Shown here piece by piece: positions 17,129 through 25,620 of a DNA stretch of 30,934 bases. The translations under genes were made by a program, and so were the position numbers. How positions within the stretch are numbered: the stretch's first letter is position 1; each line of letters starts with the position of its first letter. The stretch lies in the IMG/VR virus record IMGVR_UViG_3300009152_000001; one strand, given 5' to 3'. The stretch is from an uncultured virus (IMG/VR IMGVR_UViG_3300009152_000001) (Duplodnaviria; Heunggongvirae; Uroviricota; Caudoviricetes). Under the pieces are notes generated by a model that was not told the DNA's origin, ran no database searches, and was given only the letters and a program-made list of their open reading frames with translations.

Positions 17129-17993
17129 TACCCCTTGGTATCTCAAGAACTACCGCCAGTCCCTGCTGGGTAAGACTGGTCGGATTCTGCCCAAAGTTGA
17201 GTTGGCCCTTGTCAAGAAAGTTGAAGCCCGCAATGCACTACGGGATACCCAACACCTTCACCCCAGCGAGATAAGCAAGAAGGACTGGTGTCCGAGGGCG
17301 TCGTGGTACACCATCACAGGTGCTCCCAAGGCTGCTGAATCCTTTGCTTTCAACCGCCTCAACATCTTTGAGGAAGGCAACGCCATCCACAGCAAGTGGC
17401 AGAACTGGCTCTGGGAGTCTGGGATGCTTGTTGGCAGGTGGTCCTGCCGTGAGTGCAGCACGACGTGGTTCGGCAAGTCTCCCCTTGAGTGCCCCGACTG
17501 CCACGGCATTGACATCACCTACCGTGAAGTTCCCCTACGGGATGACGAGCACCGTATCATCGGCCACGCTGACGGGGAGATAGAGGACGACAAGGGGCGC
17601 GCCCTCATAGAGATAAAGAGCGTGGGTATCGGGTCTGTGCGCTGGGACAAGCCAGCGCTCTACGCTGACTACGAGTCGGGGAAACTCACCCTTGATGAGG
17701 TGTGGAAAAACATCAAGACCCCCTTTCCCGCCCACATTCGGCAGGGGAACATCTACATGCACTGCCGCAAGGTCGACACCATCGTGTTCATCTACGAGTG
17801 GAAGCCCTCACAACAGGTAAAAGAGTTTGAGGTCAAGTTCAACCCCGAGGTGGTCGCTCCCCTTCTGGAGGGCTGCAAACTCGTTATGAAGCATCTGGAT
17901 GACCAGACTCCACCCGACCGTCCTACGTGGGCAGTATCCAAGACCTGCTCTGGGTGTAAGTTCTGCCCCTTCAAGAAGGAGTGCTTCTCATGA
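17121..17993 (+). CDS. Cas4-like / RecB-family exonuclease with Fe-S ligands and a Zn-ribbon insert
   Basis: HPSE....CPR, GNAIH, CREC...CPDC, GHADG, IEIKS, QGNIY, CKFCPFKKEC. Confidence 0.85.
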   Translation: MTDTPWYLKNYRQSLLGKTGRILPKVELALVKKVEARNALRDTQHLHPSEISKKDWCPRASWYTITGAPKAAESFAFNRLNIFEEGNAIHSKWQNWLWESGMLVGRWSCRECSTTWFGKSPLECPDCHGIDITYREVPLRDDEHRIIGHADGEIEDDKGRALIEIKSVGIGSVRWDKPALYADYESGKLTLDEVWKNIKTPFPAHIRQGNIYMHCRKVDTIVFIYEWKPSQQVKEFEVKFNPEVVAPLLEGCKLVMKHLDDQTPPDRPTWAVSKTCSGCKFCPFKKECFS

Positions 17994-18484
17994 GGGTTAT
18001 CAGCAGAGAGCAACAAGACCCACCGCTTACCAAGTTCCTTTACAAGTTCTCGTTCCCTGACCGCCCCGGCGACGGTGTTCCCGATCTCCCGGTGCATCTT
18101 GATGACCTTGACGACGCGGACCTTATGGATACGTATCGAGAGTTCATGGCATGGGTCTCTTATGCTAAGGCTGAGTTGGTTCAGGCGGAGGTAGCCGAGG
18201 AGCGCGAGGCGAACTTCTGTCGCATACTGGAGTCGAAGGTGCTCATAGAGCAATGGGGTGTTGAGGCCAAGGGCGACAGGGTCACCATCGCCAAGGCCCG
18301 CCGCGACATCGACCCCCGAGTCACCGCTCAGCAAGAGGAACACCGTAAGGCTCGCGCCTACAGGAAGATGGTCGAATCTGTGTTCGATAGGTGCGAACGC
18401 GGATCACAGTTGCTGTCTAGGGAGTTGACACGACGTGTGAGTGCCTTCCCTCGGACTTCTCGTAACGAAAGGTTCAGCCCATGA
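17990..18484 (+). CDS. Helical protein, possibly a UvsY-like recombination mediator
   Basis: Long amphipathic helices with DPRV kink and SRELTRR end; sits in the RecA/nuclease cluster. Confidence 0.45.
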   Translation: MRVISREQQDPPLTKFLYKFSFPDRPGDGVPDLPVHLDDLDDADLMDTYREFMAWVSYAKAELVQAEVAEEREANFCRILESKVLIEQWGVEAKGDRVTIAKARRDIDPRVTAQQEEHRKARAYRKMVESVFDRCERGSQLLSRELTRRVSAFPRTSRNERFSP

Positions 18485-18843
18485 CCAACCGCGCCAAACA
18501 GAAAGGCACGTCGTTTGAAACCCTCATCAAGGATTACCTCATAGGTGAGGGCTTCATCCACGCGCACCGCCCTGCTCTATCTGGCACTAACGACACTGGT
18601 GATATTAACGGTGTTGCTAATTCCGCTGGACGCAAGGTGACGTTCCAGTGCAAGAATCAGAAGCAGTTCGCTCTGAGCAGTTGGCTCAATGACACAGTTG
18701 AGCAGGCTGCCAGACTTGGGAACGCCGTTCCTGCGCTCGTTGTTAAGCGGCCCGGTAAGGGGAAAACTGTCCTAGGTGATACCTACGCTGTTATGCGGCT
18801 ATCTGACTTGATTGACCTTCTCAAGTCCGCTGGATACCATTAA
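18481..18843 (+). CDS. Holliday junction resolvase (Hjc-like)
   Basis: KQKGTSFE...DTGDI...QCKN...LVVKR. Confidence 0.85.
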   Translation: MTNRAKQKGTSFETLIKDYLIGEGFIHAHRPALSGTNDTGDINGVANSAGRKVTFQCKNQKQFALSSWLNDTVEQAARLGNAVPALVVKRPGKGKTVLGDTYAVMRLSDLIDLLKSAGYH

Positions 18844-18846
18844 CCT

Positions 18847-18882
18847 TTACTCCGACACACAACCTCTATAAGTTCGGAGTAA
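18847..18882 (+). promoter_or_regulatory. Hairpin occluding the spoVS ribosome-binding site
   Basis: TTACTCCGA (18847-18855) / TCGGAGTAA (18874-18882), perfect 9 bp; GGAG lies in the 3' arm. Confidence 0.55.
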
Positions 18883-18886
18883 CCAT

Positions 18887-19171
18887 ATGTCAAGCGACTT
18901 TGAAGCAGACGACATCGTCAAGGTATCGGGCAGCAGCAATCCCCAAAGCGTTGGGTCGATTGTCGCCCGAGCCGTAGTAGCAGGTAAGTCCCCCAAGATG
19001 CGCGCCATCGGCGCTAGCGCTGTGAACCAAGCCGTGAAGGCTTGCGCTATCGCCCGTGGGTTCGTCGCACCCCGCGGAGTTGATTTACTTTTTACTATAG
19101 GATTTGATGACATAGAAGGAGACAACGGTGAGTCGATCTCCGCTATCTCTTTCAAACCGGTATCCCGGTAA
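18887..19171 (+). CDS. spoVS: SpoVS family protein
   Basis: KVSGSSNPQSVGS, AIGASAVNQAVKA.AIARGFVAP.G signature. Confidence 0.93.
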   Translation: MSSDFEADDIVKVSGSSNPQSVGSIVARAVVAGKSPKMRAIGASAVNQAVKACAIARGFVAPRGVDLLFTIGFDDIEGDNGESISAISFKPVSR

Positions 19172-19214
19172 CTGCTAAACTGTTGTAGTTCTTACTTTAT
19201 GTTTAGGAGGACAG

Positions 19215-21491
19215 GTGGCTTCTATATCCCCTGAGGACAATGAAAAGTTAGAGGAACTAAAAAAGACTCAGACACGTGAGGAGGCGCGGGAAGCCGCACG
19301 CCAGCGTGCAGCCGCAAGGGACGCAGCGCCCAAAATGTCACCTGAGGAAGAGGCAGCCACTAAAGCAGAGGCTGACGCCGCGCGTAAAGAGCGTAAGACA
19401 ACGTCCCGTAAGAAGTCACACGAGTCTCTTAAAGCAGGGGAGCGCACCGCCACCCCCCGTGCTTCTACTGTCAAACGCAGGGCGGAAATAGCAGATTTGC
19501 GTCTGCGTCCCCCCGCCAAGCCTTCTAACCGAAGTGAGGCGTCTGACCAAGTTGGTAAGCCCTTTGCCAAGACCTCTGAGATGCGCACTGGTAAGCGTCG
19601 CATCATGTTCCGTAAGCACTACGACGTGCTCACACCCGACCTACAGGATTACAAGCGAATCAACACTCCCGAAGTGGAGACTCCGGTTCCACCCGAACTG
19701 GTCGGTCGTGGTACCACCTCAGAGGGGACCCCACGCGAAGAAACGTATGAAGGTCAAGTCCAGCGGTCACTCTTTTTGTTTGGAGAAAACGTACATAAAT
19801 CCCCTCAAAGAGAGGCTAGGGCAGGGCGCCTAGCAAAGGCTATGGGGCTGCCCAACCCAATTACAGAAAAAGCCCGCCTTGCTGACAAGCAAAGGGTTCT
19901 CTCCGAGCACCTTAGGGACCAAGCCCCCGCTACCACCGGCTACGCTGGTGCAGCGATTAGCCAGATGCGCGGCGTGCTTCCTGCCGTGTCCCCAGATTCA
20001 CCCAAGGGTGAGGTCCCCACAGCCGCATACGAACTCGCAACTGACATCAACAAGAAGATTGGCAAGATGCAGACCGAGGTTCCGTCGACCGGGGTTATTC
20101 AGCGCACCAAGCGCCCCGCTGACACCACACTCCCACGCCCTACGCGACAGAGGTTCCGTAGGAAACCCGGATTCAAAGAGGGCGAGTGGGTAGAAGAGTC
20201 ACTATTCCCAGAGCACATGGACAAAGAAACCGGCCAATCCACACGCATAGTGCGCACCCTGAAGGAAGTAAACCCCGGTCCTCGTAGCCGCACGGGTAAG
20301 AGAAACATGGCTTGGCGTTCTGTGGACCCCAGTGGTGGAACCCCCCTTCAGCCGCCGCCTGTCCCTTCTACCGAAGCCCCCGCGGGCACTCGTACCGAGG
20401 AATACGTGGCCGCAGTCAACGGCGTTCCAACCGAATACGCTAGGAGGCTAGAACTAGGTAAACGGTCTTTGGAGCAGCGCAACCCTGACGACTTTGAAGA
20501 CCAAACCGCACGGTTATCATCTTCTGATGATATGAAGGAAATACTTCGTATCATAAAGACCGAAGCCGCCCCAGCGATTGCATCCCACGCAGCAGCAACC
20601 GCAGAACCCAAGCCCACTGGAGTTGAGGAAGACATATCAAACCCTGTGTTTGACGACCCCACCTCGTTCCGCGAAGCGGTAGTCGAACCCCGTGAACCGG
20701 TAACCCCTTATAACCCCAAACCCCGGTCATCCAAAAAGCGCGTTACCCGTTCTACCGAACTGGCTACTGACCTTACTGCTAAGCAGAAGGAAAAGGGCAC
20801 AGAAGAACTAACAATGGGCACACGCACCACGAACGTGTTCCCCTCGGACATTGCTAGGTCAGAACGCCTCGCCGCTCAAAGAGCGGCTGAAGACACGAAG
20901 CACGAAGAGATGATGAAGCAGACCATGTCCCCTCAGAAGTGGCAATCCCGCCGACTGCGGCAGTCTGCCACGATGTTTGAAGGTATGAGTGGCTATGGCG
21001 GGGCAGCACGAAACATTCTAATTGGACATCCCTCAGTGCCTACCGGTGCAAAAAAGACCGGGGGAGCATCGTCACCAAACCGGACACCTAGGGATGGTGG
21101 TGGTCTAGCCGGTGGTCTGGAGCGCCGCGCTGAGCAGGTTCAGGCTAACAGGGAAGCCGACCTTGTCATCAGTAGGGACAGGCGCAACATGAAAGAACTG
21201 GGGCTTACAAAAAACTTTGAATACCAACGGTGGACTAATCCATCCCTTCCTAGCGAGTCCCGCCAAGCGGCAACCACCGGTTCTCTACTACGGAGACACA
21301 TCCAGCAGCAGTCTCCCTCCCTCAGTGGTTATGGCGCAGCAGTTGCTGCTCCTATGCTTGCTGGGGTGGATAAGGGGATCGCACAAAGTCTTTTAAGGGG
21401 TCTCCCTAAGAGAACGTCGTCCTTTAACGCAGGCCACCTAGAGGCTAAGGTCAAGTACGAGCCGGGATACACATTTGAAGGCGAAGAGTGA
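19215..21491 (+). CDS. 758-aa low-complexity, probably disordered protein
   Basis: AGGAGG RBS; rich in R/K/E/P/T/S/A, no Cys, no recognisable domain. Confidence 0.75.
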   Translation: MASISPEDNEKLEELKKTQTREEAREAARQRAAARDAAPKMSPEEEAATKAEADAARKERKTTSRKKSHESLKAGERTATPRASTVKRRAEIADLRLRPPAKPSNRSEASDQVGKPFAKTSEMRTGKRRIMFRKHYDVLTPDLQDYKRINTPEVETPVPPELVGRGTTSEGTPREETYEGQVQRSLFLFGENVHKSPQREARAGRLAKAMGLPNPITEKARLADKQRVLSEHLRDQAPATTGYAGAAISQMRGVLPAVSPDSPKGEVPTAAYELATDINKKIGKMQTEVPSTGVIQRTKRPADTTLPRPTRQRFRRKPGFKEGEWVEESLFPEHMDKETGQSTRIVRTLKEVNPGPRSRTGKRNMAWRSVDPSGGTPLQPPPVPSTEAPAGTRTEEYVAAVNGVPTEYARRLELGKRSLEQRNPDDFEDQTARLSSSDDMKEILRIIKTEAAPAIASHAAATAEPKPTGVEEDISNPVFDDPTSFREAVVEPREPVTPYNPKPRSSKKRVTRSTELATDLTAKQKEKGTEELTMGTRTTNVFPSDIARSERLAAQRAAEDTKHEEMMKQTMSPQKWQSRRLRQSATMFEGMSGYGGAARNILIGHPSVPTGAKKTGGASSPNRTPRDGGGLAGGLERRAEQVQANREADLVISRDRRNMKELGLTKNFEYQRWTNPSLPSESRQAATTGSLLRRHIQQQSPSLSGYGAAVAAPMLAGVDKGIAQSLLRGLPKRTSSFNAGHLEAKVKYEPGYTFEGEE

Positions 21492-21506
21492 CATGGTTGT
21501 TACTGT

Positions 21507-21656
21507 ATGAATAACAGACAGTTTAAAGATGACTATCTTAAAGAAGTTGAAGAAGATATGTCGTCTTTTAATTACTCTAAGAAGTACAGCAAGTTTATGG
21601 TAAGAGAAACCAAACTTCAGAAGCGTAAGAACAAAGCAGAGGACTGGTATGACTGA
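21507..21656 (+). CDS. 49-aa charged protein in an AT-rich patch (not in ORF track)
   Basis: MNNRQFKDDYLKEVEEDMSSFNYSKKYSKF...WYD; overlaps the next start. Confidence 0.5.
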   Translation: MNNRQFKDDYLKEVEEDMSSFNYSKKYSKFMVRETKLQKRKNKAEDWYD

Positions 21657-21783
21657 GAAAAAGAAAGCGAAGAAGAAGACTACCGCTATCCCCAAGAAGC
21701 CACTTCCTCGCCCAGTCCCAGTAACCGGTGGAGGCCAAGGCGGCTTCATGACCGGCATGGGAAATGGAATGGGCCTTGGCTAA
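21649..21783 (+). CDS. 44-aa Lys/Pro/Gly-rich protein (not in ORF track)
   Basis: MTEKKKAKKKTTAIPKKPLPRPVPVTGGGQGGFMTGMGNGMGLG; GAGGA RBS. Confidence 0.55.
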   Translation: MTEKKKAKKKTTAIPKKPLPRPVPVTGGGQGGFMTGMGNGMGLG

Positions 21784-22273
21784 CCAACAGACCTTCACTC
21801 AGTGGAACACCAGTTACGACCCCCAGAGTTCCGCTCAGTCTTCCTCACCTCTCGGGCCTGCTCCTACCTTCCGTAGTCCACAAGATGCACGCCTATCGGC
21901 GTGGGGCACATCCCCTGACGTTCAGTACCCAGACGGGTATCTGGGCACGTCCACTTCTAACCGTCGTCAGGACAAACTGACAGCGGCTGTTATGCGCACC
22001 AACACCCGCTCTTACTCGCGGGGTGTGCATAAGGGTGAGCGCATCAACACGGGCGACTACATCTGGCCCGATGAGTTCAATCTTCTTACTGGTATACAGT
22101 TGGAAGCAAGGGGCATGAAGTTCGCCCCTTCTGGTGCGATGCCCACCCATCTTACTAATGATGGTAAAATGGGGCCAGCGGGAGTTTCCCGCGGGTTGGG
22201 TGCAGCAGACCAACCAATCATTGACGCTCAACGGCGTAGCCGTTTGAAGAGCCTTGCCCCCCCGTGGAGGTGA
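21764..22273 (+). CDS. Hypothetical protein (start may be TTG 21776)
   Basis: YPDGYLGT...RRQDKL...SYSRGVHKGER...PPWR; tiles the operon. Confidence 0.75.
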   Translation: MEWALANQQTFTQWNTSYDPQSSAQSSSPLGPAPTFRSPQDARLSAWGTSPDVQYPDGYLGTSTSNRRQDKLTAAVMRTNTRSYSRGVHKGERINTGDYIWPDEFNLLTGIQLEARGMKFAPSGAMPTHLTNDGKMGPAGVSRGLGAADQPIIDAQRRSRLKSLAPPWR

Positions 22274-22277
22274 CCTC

Positions 22278-22520
22278 ATGAAGTTCGGACGCAAATCAAA
22301 AACCAAGAGCACTCCACCAAAAAACAGCAAGGCTAATTTCATCCCGTCCTCTGACCGTGTAAAGAAGGCAGAGGAAGAGCGCCAGTACACAGAGTGGAAT
22401 GAGAAATCCTCTGACGATGCAGGTCCTATACAACGCCCCATCCCGGGTCTTCAAGTAGTTGGCGACACCCCTACTCGTAACGACCACTTCACCGCAGGCG
22501 CAACCCCACCACATCTATAA
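22278..22520 (+). CDS. Small basic hypothetical protein
   Basis: GGAGG RBS, MKFGRKSK start. Confidence 0.65.
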   Translation: MKFGRKSKTKSTPPKNSKANFIPSSDRVKKAEEERQYTEWNEKSSDDAGPIQRPIPGLQVVGDTPTRNDHFTAGATPPHL

Positions 22521-22585
22521 CCAAACAGACGATTCCGACCCGGCTTCACCGCACGGAATCCCCCGCCCAACTAAAAGGAGTAAAA

Positions 22586-22849
22586 ATGGGTAACCCAAAT
22601 AACCGGCCCTACGACCAAGACGCTGACAACAACCCTCGTAAGAAGATTACGATCAGCACTTTGCCTAATAAGGAAGACAACACTAAGCGGGCCTCCGTGA
22701 AGAATCCCACGCCCGGAACTGCTGACAAGGCAAAGAACCTGAAGGCTGTCCCGAGCAACGCTGCAAAACAGCGCGCCAAACTAAACCAGACTCCTGAAGA
22801 CAAGCGGGCATCCAACGCCCTTAAGAACATCCAGAAGAAGGGTAAGTAA
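22586..22849 (+). CDS. Small Lys/Asn-rich hypothetical protein
   Basis: AAGGAG RBS; 87 aa. Confidence 0.7.
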   Translation: MGNPNNRPYDQDADNNPRKKITISTLPNKEDNTKRASVKNPTPGTADKAKNLKAVPSNAAKQRAKLNQTPEDKRASNALKNIQKKGK

Positions 22850-23022
22850 TGGCTAAGCACAGCAAAGAACACCCCGGCTTCAAGACCACACAGAAGAAGA
22901 TCGCCAAGGAGCAGGGCATCAGCGAAGAACGCGCTGGTGCCATCCTTGCCGCTGGCGCACGTAAGGCATCCCCTGCTGCAAAGAAGGCTAACCCTAACCT
23001 TAAGAAAGTAAAGGGTAAGTAG
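22849..23022 (+). CDS. 57-aa basic protein (not in ORF track)
   Basis: MAKHSKEHPGFKTTQKKIAKEQGISEERAGAILAAGARKASPAAKKANPNLKKVKGK; TAATG coupling. Confidence 0.75.
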   Translation: MAKHSKEHPGFKTTQKKIAKEQGISEERAGAILAAGARKASPAAKKANPNLKKVKGK

Positions 23023-23027
23023 ACAGG

Positions 23028-23324
23028 TTGGCACGCCCGTGGCAGTCCCGTCAGGAGATGCTTACCGACCAAGCGTTGGAAGCAGCCATTAGTGACCCTG
23101 ATACCATCAGGGCCATTCGTCCTGCCGTGCCTCAGCAGTTGTTTCCCGACCGCATGGGTTTGGTGAAGCAAGAGCCAACCGTGATGGACATCCTTAACAC
23201 CGACCGCTACGCCCCGACGTTCAGGTCGTGGGTGTCTGGCCTACCTGTCATGCACTCTGAACTAACAGAGGGAACATTCGACGGCAGCGGCAGGTACTCA
23301 ATGAACACTCTGGGAGGTGTGTGA
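23028..23324 (+). CDS. Hypothetical protein
   Basis: TTG start, 98 aa, tiles between neighbours. Confidence 0.65.
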   Translation: MARPWQSRQEMLTDQALEAAISDPDTIRAIRPAVPQQLFPDRMGLVKQEPTVMDILNTDRYAPTFRSWVSGLPVMHSELTEGTFDGSGRYSMNTLGGV

Positions 23325-24433
23325 TGGCTGGTTACAACCCTTTTGAAACAGGAGACCCCTTCCTTAACAGACCTGAGATAGCCATCCGCAGGCTTTATTG
23401 GTCGACCCAGAACGACTTCGCAGCGGGACGGAGTTCCAACTTCCAAAACACTTCAGATCGTGCTAAATACGGTGGTGGCTTTTATGGTAATTCCATAGGC
23501 TCAACTCTCAACTCTGGCCCTCGTTATGCAAGAGGCACAATGATGGGTAACGTCCCTAACGCAGGGATAAACCCTAACTTCGATAGGCGGCTCGCTGGCC
23601 CTAACTTTGAATTAGGTAATGCAGTTAGAGCGGTCAATACGCTTGGAAATGGTATCAATGCTGTCAGAGGTGTTAGGGCTACTAACACCATCGCTAAGGG
23701 CATACAGCAACAGCAGCAGTCAATCGCTAACAGCAAAGCCCTTCAAAATAGAAACAACGCTAACGCCAGCGCGCCAGCAGCAGCGGCCCCTAGCAGTCGC
23801 ACGCAACGACGGGCTGGGGCGTCAGCAGGAGCGAGCACTCCAGCACCCGCGACTACGACAGCCCAACCCGCTCCTCCCACTTCGCCAGTAACTCCCGCCC
23901 CCAGTAGCCGTGGTGCCCAGCGTGGTGCCGCCACGGGAACGGCCACAACCACAACCCCCGCACCACCTCCTACCCCTCCCTCCACTCCCGTGACGATGGG
24001 GCCAACACGCCGTGGTATGCCCAACCAAGGAACACCACCTCCTACCCCTCCCTCCACTCCCGTGACGATGGGGCCAACACGCCGTGGTATGCCCAACCAA
24101 GGAACACCACCTGAACTCAATACACCCGGAGGAACCGGTACCGTGCCAACGAACTGGAACAACATGAGTGAACACGACGTAGACCCGTGGGCGGCCTACA
24201 TCGGCCATAGTGGCGGCCCCACCACCCAAGAGTTGCCTGTACAACCGACTGGCCCTACTCGTTCTACGATGTTTGAAAAGGTAAAAGGTACATTTCAAAA
24301 GTTACGGGGAGACAATACCCCCCAAGACCGTTCATCAGAACCCACAACAGAGATGAACACCACGGAAAAGCAGGACATTAGGGCGGCTCGTAAGGCATCC
24401 AACCGCTATAACAAAGAGTATGGCCCATTCTAA
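23324..24433 (+). CDS. Gly/Asn-rich then Pro/Thr-rich low-complexity protein
   Basis: GGAGG RBS, TGATG coupling; QQQQQ run and PT-rich tandem repeat. Confidence 0.75.
   Translation: MAGYNPFETGDPFLNRPEIAIRRLYWSTQNDFAAGRSSNFQNTSDRAKYGGGFYGNSIGSTLNSGPRYARGTMMGNVPNAGINPNFDRRLAGPNFELGNAVRAVNTLGNGINAVRGVRATNTIAKGIQQQQQSIANSKALQNRNNANASAPAAAAPSSRTQRRAGASAGASTPAPATTTAQPAPPTSPVTPAPSSRGAQRGAATGTATTTTPAPPPTPPSTPVTMGPTRRGMPNQGTPPPTPPSTPVTMGPTRRGMPNQGTPPELNTPGGTGTVPTNWNNMSEHDVDPWAAYIGHSGGPTTQELPVQPTGPTRSTMFEKVKGTFQKLRGDNTPQDRSSEPTTEMNTTEKQDIRAARKASNRYNKEYGPF
23961..24112 (+). repeat. Perfect 72-bp in-frame tandem duplication (2.1 copies)
   Basis: Units start at 23961 and 24033, partial at 24105; encode PPPTPPSTPVTMGPTRRGMPNQGT. 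Confidence 0.95.
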
Positions 24434-24446
24434 CAAAGGACTAATC

Positions 24447-24644
24447 ATGGCAGTTAACGACTCACGTTCAATGAACTCAGATATGAAGCAAGGCGCTAAG
24501 GACGGCGTGTACAAGCACCTCACCCCTAATCGTGGTGGTGTTGTTGAACTCAAGGATGTCATCAAGCGCGCCGATGAATTGCAGATGCAGTACAGCATTG
24601 CAACCCCAGAGCACCCTACGGGGTGCCCTTGCGGTTACTGCTGA
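24447..24644 (+). CDS. Small hypothetical protein ending in CPCGYC
   Basis: AAGGA RBS; MAVNDSRSMN start. Confidence 0.7.
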   Translation: MAVNDSRSMNSDMKQGAKDGVYKHLTPNRGGVVELKDVIKRADELQMQYSIATPEHPTGCPCGYC

Positions 24645-24658
24645 CCTTCATATAAGAT
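24629..24658 (+). promoter_or_regulatory. Candidate sigma70-type promoter
   Basis: TTGCGG-18 nt-TAAGAT; same -35 hexamer as at 3693 and same -10 as at 3650. Confidence 0.35.
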
Positions 24659-24692
24659 AACGTCACCATAAGTTGACTCATAGGAGAACAAC

Positions 24693-25148
24693 ATGCCCCG
24701 TCTGCTTACCTGCAAATCATGCGCAACCATGTACAAGATGAAGGACTACGACGGTCCCGTTGAGTACGACATGGAACTCATCGAACTCTGCAACCGCCAC
24801 CTTCAGCAGGCAGATAATCCTGACCCCGACGCACATCGCGCATTGATTCTGCGTTGTGACGATAAGACGTGGGAAGCCCTAGGTGACGAGACCAAGATCA
24901 AGAGTGAACTCGCTAAGAACGAGTGGGCCGTTCGGGAACTGCGCGATGACCTCAAGGTCGAAGCGCTGCGGTGCTTTGACCGTCATAACCGCCCCAAGGA
25001 TATGTGCCTTGACTACGAGGACGACAGTAAGACGATTGGCCGTTCGATAGGGGTACCAAAGGAGCACCGCCAGTTCCTGTGCCACTACTGCCCCGCCAGC
25101 GCCTATGTAGTTCACCGCGCACGAGTTGCAAAGCGCATGTACGACTGA
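24693..25148 (+). CDS. Cys/His-rich hypothetical protein
   Basis: CKSC, C..H, CFDRHNRP...C.DY, LCHYCP; AGGAG RBS. Confidence 0.75.
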   Translation: MPRLLTCKSCATMYKMKDYDGPVEYDMELIELCNRHLQQADNPDPDAHRALILRCDDKTWEALGDETKIKSELAKNEWAVRELRDDLKVEALRCFDRHNRPKDMCLDYEDDSKTIGRSIGVPKEHRQFLCHYCPASAYVVHRARVAKRMYD

Positions 25149-25149
25149 C

Positions 25150-25620
25150 ATGATTATTGTCAACCTATCAGTTCTATCACGGAGTGCTGATGTCGTAGGA
25201 TCTCGGCAGCCCGTGCCCGAAGGACGAGCCATATGGGCTATGTTGTTTGAGCGCTACATGGGACGCCTCGCGGTGATATCCAACGAGGAGTACGACCGCT
25301 CACACTTCGCAGACTGGCTGAAGCGCGAAGGGTTCAAGGCATCCTTCTTTGAGTGCATCACCGAGCCTCACCCTGATCTAAAGGCCCAGAAGATACAACT
25401 CTTGGGTGCTGCGTTCGGAAGGGTGGAGTGGTACGTGGACACCGACCCTAAGACCTGCGCCGAGACAACTGCCCTTGGTATCCCCACCATCCTTGTCTCC
25501 GTACCGTTCGTTGTGCGCCCAGAGTGGGACCGCGGCAAAGAGATTCGTCAGTGGGATAGTCTCGTAGAAGAGATGGAATCACAGGCACTAAAGGCCGCTG
25601 AGAGAACATGGAGAGACTAG
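25150..25620 (+). CDS. HAD-like fold protein lacking motif I Asp
   Basis: LAVISN, DWLKREGF, K....I, WYVDTDP...GIPTILV pattern; N-terminus IIVNLS instead of DxD. Confidence 0.55.
   Translation: MIIVNLSVLSRSADVVGSRQPVPEGRAIWAMLFERYMGRLAVISNEEYDRSHFADWLKREGFKASFFECITEPHPDLKAQKIQLLGAAFGRVEWYVDTDPKTCAETTALGIPTILVSVPFVVRPEWDRGKEIRQWDSLVEEMESQALKAAERTWRD

Noticed and set aside
17121..17993. Cas4-like gene as evidence of a CRISPR-Cas system
   Set aside because: No cas1/cas2 or repeat-spacer array seen; the context is a recombination operon
22487..22560. CTTCACCGCA copies as solitary CRISPR repeats (RNA anti-CRISPR)
   Set aside because: Only the first few bases resemble a type I-F repeat; the internal palindrome and the GAAA end are absent
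23961..24112. 72-bp repeat as a CRISPR or mini-array
   Set aside because: Contiguous identical in-frame units with no unique spacers
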